Below are positions 58,101-64,000 of a stretch of DNA of 64,000 nt, piece after piece. Both the position numbers and the translations under genes were made by a program. Positions within the stretch are counted from its first letter, which is position 1; each line of letters begins with the position of its first letter. Below the pieces are notes generated by a model. It had not been told where the DNA came from. It ran no database searches and saw nothing but the letters and a program-made list of their open reading frames with translations. The DNA comes from Pseudobdellovibrionaceae bacterium (GTDB lineage: Bacteria; Bdellovibrionota; Bdellovibrionia; Bdellovibrionales; Bdellovibrionaceae), in contig JAHBUS010000006.1 in assembly GCA_019637955.1 (NCBI GenBank), positions 34,750 through 98,749 on the forward strand. Reading direction: 5' to 3'.

Positions 58101-59186
58101 ATGAAGATCGCATACGTTGCCGAGTGGGATTTCTCTCACCCGACCGGCGTTTCCAAGAAGATTCTAAGCCAAGTTCGAATCTGGAACCAACTCGGAGCCG
58201 ACGCCCAACTACATGTGATTTCATCCCATCAGCCCTTACAACCATCGAAAACAATTCTTAGTTCAAACCTTCCAGGTTGGATTAAAGGCAGCCCTCGAAC
58301 ATATTTAAATAAGATGATTTGCGCCCCAGAGCTGGCCAACAACATCGCAGAGCAAAAACCCGACATTATTTTTTATCGCATCGGAATTTGGTATCCATAC
58401 TTGACTGGTCTTCTGCGCTCTAAGCCAAGCGTCATTGAATTGAATAGCCTTGAGCTTAATGAGCTCGATGGCGCCGGTTTTATAAAAAGCCGGATTTACC
58501 CTTGGGGCCGCCGACAGATTCTTGAGGCCGCGGCCGCGTTCGCGCCGGTGTCTCACGAAATCGCAGCGGCCCTTAGTCCTGAGCGACGCCCCTGCTTTGT
58601 TTGCGGTAACGGGTACGACTTCAGTTCCATGCCTCCTGTTGACCGAAAGACCATGTCTGACCGTCCGCAGGCCTTATTCGTCAGCTCCGACGGTCAGTTT
58701 TGGCAAGGAGTTGATTTGATTCTTAAATGGGCGGCCCAACTCCCTGACCTTGATTTTCACCTTGTCGGGATTTCGAGGAGCCAAGCTCCTGCCAATGTCA
58801 TCTTTCACGGCACCATGTATGATGGCGAACTTCGGGATCTGGCAAGAAAGATGGATTTCGGTATCGGGACCCTGGCTCTGCACCGGAAAGGTATGGAAGA
58901 AGCCTCGCCCCTAAAGACGCGAGAATACGCGGCGTGGGGACTTCCCTTTGTCTACGCCTACCGCGATACCGATTTAACCTCTCCACATCCCGCGCTTCTC
59001 CAACTGCCGAACAACGAAAACGCCGTTTTAGCCGCGGTCTTGCGAGTACGTGAATTTGCGTTGCAATGGCGACACCAGCCGCATGACAGTTCGCGCTTCC
59101 GTGAACCGCTCGATCGAATGCGTAAAGAAGCGCGACGATTGGACTTCTTTAAAATGGTCGCGGCCCAGCCGCACGAAGGGCGTTGA
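58101..59186 (+). CDS. glycosyltransferase, GT4-like (divergent)
   Basis: GT-B-like architecture with EASPLKTREYAAWGLPFV. Markedly lower GC than upstream genes. Confidence 0.5.
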   Translation: MKIAYVAEWDFSHPTGVSKKILSQVRIWNQLGADAQLHVISSHQPLQPSKTILSSNLPGWIKGSPRTYLNKMICAPELANNIAEQKPDIIFYRIGIWYPYLTGLLRSKPSVIELNSLELNELDGAGFIKSRIYPWGRRQILEAAAAFAPVSHEIAAALSPERRPCFVCGNGYDFSSMPPVDRKTMSDRPQALFVSSDGQFWQGVDLILKWAAQLPDLDFHLVGISRSQAPANVIFHGTMYDGELRDLARKMDFGIGTLALHRKGMEEASPLKTREYAAWGLPFVYAYRDTDLTSPHPALLQLPNNENAVLAAVLRVREFALQWRHQPHDSSRFREPLDRMRKEARRLDFFKMVAAQPHEGR

Positions 59187-59189
59187 ACA

Positions 59190-61043
59190 GTGTGTGGTAT
59201 CTCCGCGCTCATTTCTCCTACCCCATTTCCGGCTCGCCTCATCGAGCAGATGACGGATATCATCAAGCACCGAGGTCCTGACGGTTTCGGTTATTTTCAC
59301 GAAAATGGGATCGCACTCGGGCATCGGCGACTCGCGATCTTGGACTGCTCTGAAAGTGGCCACCAGCCCATGCATTTTCGAGACAAGGCCGTCCTCACCT
59401 ACAATGGCGAAATTTACAATTACATCGAAATCAAAACGGAGCTTGAAAAAGAGGGCTACGAGTTTCACGGACATTCGGATACGGAAGTCATTCTCGCCGC
59501 GTATGACTTTTGGCAGGAGCACTGCCTTTCCCGCTTCAACGGCATGTGGTCTTTTGTCCTTTGGGACCGAGAACGTCGAAAAGTTTTTGCCGCCCGTGAT
59601 CGTTTTGGCGTGAAGCCTCTTTACTATTGGCGAACCCCACAGGGACTTTGGGCCTTCGGTTCTGAGACCAAGCAGTTTACGGTCCTCGATGGTTGGCAGG
59701 CCCGTCTCAACAAGCCTATCGCCAGCGAATTCGTGGCCACCGGACTGCACGATCACACAGATGAAACCTTCTTCGAAGGAGTTTATCAAGTTCCTCCGGG
59801 ACACTCGGTTTCCTTCGAGATGTCCGCGTTGCCCCAAGGTCCGCGCTTGCCCGTGCGCCGTTGGTACTTTTTGCCGCAAGACCAACTTGAATTGACATCC
59901 GAAGAGGCGGCGGCTCAAGTCTTCAAAACTTTGCAAAGCTCTGTCCAATTGCGCTTGCGTTCGGACGTACCGGTTGGCTCTTGTCTGTCGGGAGGCATCG
60001 ACTCTTCAACAATCGTCGCGCTGGTGGCAGGAGGTCTCTCTTCGGGGTCACGACAAAAAACATTCTCTGCGCTTTCCGAAGACAAAAACATCGACGAGAG
60101 CTCTCACATTCAAAAGATCGTCTCAAAATTTAAGACAGATCACCACACCACCACTCCTGATTTTGCAGAGCTTTGGGGCCTGCTCGACAAGTTGACATGG
60201 CATCAAGATGAGCCTTTTGGCTCCTCCAGCATTTTTGCGCAATGGAAGGTCTTTGAGCTTGCCCGGAGAGAAAACTGCATCGTGATGCTTGATGGTCAGG
60301 GAGCGGATGAGCAGCTCGGTGGTTATCCCGAATTCACTGGAGCGCTGTTGGCTGATCATCTAAGAATGGGGCGACTAAATGCCTACACGCGTGAAGCCCT
60401 CGCCTTGAGCTGCCGATCTCGCATCTCGCTCCTGACCGTCCTAGCTCGAACCTTGCGCGCCATTTTTCCTGGATTTGCGACCAAGCTTCAATCTTTGTCG
60501 GGCCGACGCGTGCGCCCGGGTCTATGGCTGAAGAGCCCGATCCGGGATCTTCACAGGGAGAAAGCACTGTCTTTCGGTGAATTGGCGCGTTATCAAGTGC
60601 AAGGTGGGCACCTGCAAATGCTTCTGCGTTATGAAGACCGTGATTCAATGGCCCACGGCATCGAAGCACGAGTTCCCTTTGTCGATTATCGCTTTGTCGA
60701 ACTCGCGACACGCCTTCCCAGCTCTCTGCGAGTAAATGCCGGCGTGACAAAGTCTATTCTTCGCTCGGCGATGCGAGGATTTGTTCCCGATGCAATTCTC
60801 GATCGCCGCGACAAAATCGGATTTGCCACTGCTGAAAGTCATTGGGTGCGAACGCACCCCTCTCTCTTCCGCGCGGAACTTCGGCAAGCGGTCGATCTTT
60901 CTGCCGGGCTGCTCAGTGAACAGGTCCTGCGTGACTTCGAGGCCATGCTCTCTGGCCGAATTCCTTACAACTCGGCGTTTTGGCGGGTCATCTCTTTTGG
61001 CCGCTGGCTTCAAGTTTTTCAGGTTGACGGGACTCAAAGATGA
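59190..61043 (+). CDS. asnB: asparagine synthetase (glutamine-hydrolysing)-type amidotransferase
   Basis: GTG start then CGISALIS (Cys2 nucleophile of Ntn amidotransferase). SGGIDSS PP-loop. Full-length AsnB pattern. Embedded in the O-antigen cluster (WbpS-like context). Confidence 0.85.
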   Translation: MCGISALISPTPFPARLIEQMTDIIKHRGPDGFGYFHENGIALGHRRLAILDCSESGHQPMHFRDKAVLTYNGEIYNYIEIKTELEKEGYEFHGHSDTEVILAAYDFWQEHCLSRFNGMWSFVLWDRERRKVFAARDRFGVKPLYYWRTPQGLWAFGSETKQFTVLDGWQARLNKPIASEFVATGLHDHTDETFFEGVYQVPPGHSVSFEMSALPQGPRLPVRRWYFLPQDQLELTSEEAAAQVFKTLQSSVQLRLRSDVPVGSCLSGGIDSSTIVALVAGGLSSGSRQKTFSALSEDKNIDESSHIQKIVSKFKTDHHTTTPDFAELWGLLDKLTWHQDEPFGSSSIFAQWKVFELARRENCIVMLDGQGADEQLGGYPEFTGALLADHLRMGRLNAYTREALALSCRSRISLLTVLARTLRAIFPGFATKLQSLSGRRVRPGLWLKSPIRDLHREKALSFGELARYQVQGGHLQMLLRYEDRDSMAHGIEARVPFVDYRFVELATRLPSSLRVNAGVTKSILRSAMRGFVPDAILDRRDKIGFATAESHWVRTHPSLFRAELRQAVDLSAGLLSEQVLRDFEAMLSGRIPYNSAFWRVISFGRWLQVFQVDGTQR

Positions 61044-62107
61044 AGATCGCCTGGTTCGCACCCGCCCATTCGATTCATACGGTCCGCTGGGTAAATGCCT
61101 TGGTGGATCTCGGGCATGAGGTTCATTTAGCCTCGTTCGATCCATTTTCGCCAGAAATTTCGACTCAAGTTCATAGGTATCATTGTCCCTACAATGGACG
61201 CTTTCTTCGTTGGTTGAATATTTGGCCTCTTCGCCGTTGGCTGAGAAACTTGGCTCCCGACTGCTTGCACGTACACTACGTCAGTGACTACGGGGCAATT
61301 GCTGCACTCACGGGTTTTCAACCTCTAATAAGTACCGCCTGGGGATCCGATGTCTTTGAATACCCAAATGGCGGCTTTCTGCGACGCCAGATAGTAAGTC
61401 TAGCCTTATCAAAGCCGCGAGTCCTGACATCAGCTAGCCGGGCAATGGCTGAGCAAATGAACAAAATCGCGCACAAACCTCTCCAGATCGAAGTTTTGCC
61501 CTTTGGAATCGACTCCCAATTCTTCTCTCCGGGAAATACTAGGGCCGCAAACAAACCATTCCGCGTCGGCATATTCAAAAGTTTACGGCCCATTTATGGA
61601 ATTTCCGGAGCTTTGCGGGCCTTCGCCATTTTTCAGCTCGATCATACCTCGAGCGAACTGCTCATCGCGGGCGATGGCCCAGAAGAAGATCATTTGAAAA
61701 AACTCGCACGAGAACTCGGTATTGAAAAATCGGTTCATTTCCTAGGCTACCGGTCTAGAAATCAAGTTCTCGAAGATCTCCGGCGCTGTCATGTCGTTCT
61801 GAACTTGAGCCTAGAGGAGTCTTTTGGCGTGGCCATTGTCGAAGCTTTGTCGACGGGGGTGCCCGTAATAGCGACAAGAGTTGGCGGGGTCCCCGAATTG
61901 ATTGAGGATGGCATCAATGGATATCTTGTTAACCTCGAAAGCGTCGAAACGGACGTTCCAAAGGCTCTCAAATCGCTGCATGACAACCCAGAACTCGCGC
62001 TTCGCATGGGATACATTGGACGACAAAAAGTAGAACAGGATTTTGATCTTCAAATTTGCTTGAATCGACTTATCAACCTCTACGAACGGGTTCTTCAAGA
62101 TGCTTAA
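61040..62107 (+). CDS. family 4 glycosyltransferase
   Basis: EESFGVAIVEALSTGVPVIATRVGGVPELIEDGINGYLV (E-x7-E). Confidence 0.8.
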   Translation: MKIAWFAPAHSIHTVRWVNALVDLGHEVHLASFDPFSPEISTQVHRYHCPYNGRFLRWLNIWPLRRWLRNLAPDCLHVHYVSDYGAIAALTGFQPLISTAWGSDVFEYPNGGFLRRQIVSLALSKPRVLTSASRAMAEQMNKIAHKPLQIEVLPFGIDSQFFSPGNTRAANKPFRVGIFKSLRPIYGISGALRAFAIFQLDHTSSELLIAGDGPEEDHLKKLARELGIEKSVHFLGYRSRNQVLEDLRRCHVVLNLSLEESFGVAIVEALSTGVPVIATRVGGVPELIEDGINGYLVNLESVETDVPKALKSLHDNPELALRMGYIGRQKVEQDFDLQICLNRLINLYERVLQDA

Positions 62108-63821
62108 ATCAACTCGCCAGAAATATGAAAATCTCAAGTTCCTGCTGGGCCCTCAGGTTTACGGACTTTTCTTGTTGTCGGCTCTCGTGGGCTTTCTCTG
62201 GTTCGCAACCGAAACTCTTTTCATCTATGTTTTTCAAGTTTATCTCTCGTCTCTCGGCCTGCTCACTCCTAGCCAGACATGGATTCCAGACTGGTTTCCT
62301 AATGGTACGTGGCCAGCAGTTGGAGCCCTATTGGGATTTGGGTTTCTTCGCTCGCTACTTTTCGGCGTTCGAACGACTTTAACCCAGGTTTCGATGGCTG
62401 TTTTTGTAAAAGTCCAGCGCCAGTCATTACTGTCTTTTTGTTTACGTCAACAATCGACTGCGAAAACCTCAGATATCGTTTACGTTTTTGGAGATGTCGT
62501 CCAGCAAGCTGGAAACGTCGTCGGCTATCTAGCAACCGCACTCACCACTGTTTGCGCCGCGGGATTGTATTTTGTCTATCTTTTGCATCTAGCATGGCTA
62601 GAGGCCATTGTCGGGGTGGCTTTGCTTGGCGTGGTTGTAATCCCGATTAGCCACGTCGGCAAGCGCCTCGTCACTCTCTCTCAACAAGTTGCTTCCGAGA
62701 CTTTAGCGGTCAACGAACATCTTTTAATGGGTCTAAGATTTTGGACTTTTTTGAAGACTCACCGCTTGATCGACGGTCAAATAAGACAGGGTGAAAGTAG
62801 CTTGGCACTAGTTTTACGCCACCAGCGAGCCTTTGCTCTGCTGCTGGGGATTAACGGAGCATCGCCATTATTTCTTGGAATTTTAATCATCAGCACGATT
62901 TCAATTATAAGTGCAGAAGTGACCAAGACGGACTCGATGGTGCTGGTTGGATTCTTTTATATCTTTTTGCGGCTAGCTCAAAGTGGAAGCGAGGCGAATT
63001 CAATCTATGGACATATCCGAATGAACTGGGTCGGAATCACGACACTTTTTCATTGGCGTAAACTTGCTCAAGATATGACAGTCCAGCAAAATTCCCTTCA
63101 GATTGACGTGTCTCCAAAAGAACGTGCGGAACATGCCAACAGGCTCAAATCTAAAGGTGTCGACATTAAGTTTAGTAACGTGGAGTTTGGCTGGACTCCT
63201 TACCATTCAATTATCAATAACTTAAGTTTCGAGATCGGGCGCGGCGACGTATTTTTACTCCGAGGGCCTTCTGGCTCAGGCAAGAGCTCACTTTTATCGA
63301 TTATTCTTGGCCTGCAAGAACCTCGGCAAGGACTAGTACAAATCAACGGAATGAAGCCTTCGCTATTTTTCGATCTCTTTGCCGATGATATTGCGTATGT
63401 TGGCCCAGAGCCCGTGCTGATTCCAGGAACAATCCGTGAGAATCTGGTTTTCGGTCTTTCACCGCGAAAACCCATCCCCGGAAAGCCTGAGCTACAGGCT
63501 GTTTTGCGAGATGTTGGATTAGATCAACTTCTCACTCAAGGAATGGATCTCGATACGGTGCTTAGTGAACGGACCGAGCTCTCAACTGGTCAAAAGCAGC
63601 GCTTGGCGCTAAGCCGTGTTCTTTTGCGTGAACCAAGACTCTTAGTGCTTGATGAAGTCAGCGCGAACCTTGATCCCGAGAATAATAAACGCGTCGTTGA
63701 AATTATCCGCCGCATTTCAAAGGACATGACGGTCTTGGTTGTTTCTCATCGCGACGGGTTTGAAGCCATCGCCACGAAAACACTCGAACTCTCTGCGCGA
63801 GAAGAACACTCAATACAATGA
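62100..63821 (+). CDS. fused ABC exporter (6-TM permease plus ATP-binding domain, MsbA-like)
   Basis: Six predicted TM helices. Walker A GPSGSGKSS, signature LSTGQKQRLALSRVLL, Walker B LLVLDEVSANLD. Confidence 0.85.
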   Translation: MLKSTRQKYENLKFLLGPQVYGLFLLSALVGFLWFATETLFIYVFQVYLSSLGLLTPSQTWIPDWFPNGTWPAVGALLGFGFLRSLLFGVRTTLTQVSMAVFVKVQRQSLLSFCLRQQSTAKTSDIVYVFGDVVQQAGNVVGYLATALTTVCAAGLYFVYLLHLAWLEAIVGVALLGVVVIPISHVGKRLVTLSQQVASETLAVNEHLLMGLRFWTFLKTHRLIDGQIRQGESSLALVLRHQRAFALLLGINGASPLFLGILIISTISIISAEVTKTDSMVLVGFFYIFLRLAQSGSEANSIYGHIRMNWVGITTLFHWRKLAQDMTVQQNSLQIDVSPKERAEHANRLKSKGVDIKFSNVEFGWTPYHSIINNLSFEIGRGDVFLLRGPSGSGKSSLLSIILGLQEPRQGLVQINGMKPSLFFDLFADDIAYVGPEPVLIPGTIRENLVFGLSPRKPIPGKPELQAVLRDVGLDQLLTQGMDLDTVLSERTELSTGQKQRLALSRVLLREPRLLVLDEVSANLDPENNKRVVEIIRRISKDMTVLVVSHRDGFEAIATKTLELSAREEHSIQ

Positions 63822-64000
63822 ATCAAAGTCGCTCTAACCCTTTGGTCGAACTCTGGATCCTTTCTCACAACCGCCCATTTTTTCTCATGGAAATGATCCA
63901 AAGTTTAAAAGCACAGACATATAAGAATACGAAGATCATCATTAGTGAAAACTCCACGGAGGAATCGGTGATCGCCGCACTCAAAGACGTGGGAGGAGTG
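63818..64000 (+). CDS. glycosyltransferase family 2, N-terminal fragment (continues beyond window)
   Basis: ATG at 63818. ELWILSHNRPFFLMEMIQSLKAQTYKNTKIIISENST resembles the GT2 N-terminus. ATGA overlap with ABC exporter stop. Confidence 0.45.
   Translation, partial: MNQSRSNPLVELWILSHNRPFFLMEMIQSLKAQTYKNTKIIISENSTEESVIAALKDVGGV

Noticed and set aside
1-64000. CRISPR arrays, prophage or integrase/transposase-bounded islands
   Set aside because: No regularly spaced direct repeats, no integrase, transposase or phage structural gene signatures, and no tRNA genes seen. The accessory character comes from secreted hydrolases, repeats and an LPS cluster instead.

Overview
High-GC (about 58-60% by eye) Gram-negative bacterial chromosomal segment, densely coding on both strands. 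No rRNA, tRNA, CRISPR array, integrase or transposase is visible.

Core metabolism and housekeeping:
- sucA-sucB-lpdA operon with a divergent gpmA
- scattered histidine-utilisation genes (hutI, an arginase-family ureohydrolase, hutU-hutH)
- rpe-fmt-def cluster, LptF/G permease, nadC-birA, mitochondrial-type aconitase

Accessory block from about 35.1 to 47.2 kb:
- secreted tandem SH3b-SH3b-LAS zinc peptidase with an overlapping small secreted ORF
- operon of NlpC/P60-like lipoprotein, HNH endonuclease, DNA topoisomerase VI subunit B and subunit A
- OMP beta-barrel genes, one interrupted by an in-frame TAG
- DNA-alkylation-repair-like protein and a secreted phospholipase D
- several repeated palindromic elements

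From 47.4 kb to the end there is an LPS/O-antigen cluster (CsgG-like, ugd, GT2, galE, O-antigen ligase, gmhB-like, WbaP-like sugar transferase, two tandem GT9 paralogs, GT4s, AsnB-type amidotransferase, MsbA-like ABC exporter). Its last about 6 kb is visibly lower in GC.

Other notable items:
- three tandem secreted trypsin-like proteases at the 5' end
- a clan-CD (caspase/gingipain-like) secreted protein next to a CapA-family gene
- an orphan CpaF/TadA secretion ATPase
- a small Flp/TadE-like prepilin-like ORF translationally coupled to an asparaginase-II family gene

The many long antisense ORFs in the six-frame track are GC-driven artefacts and were ignored.
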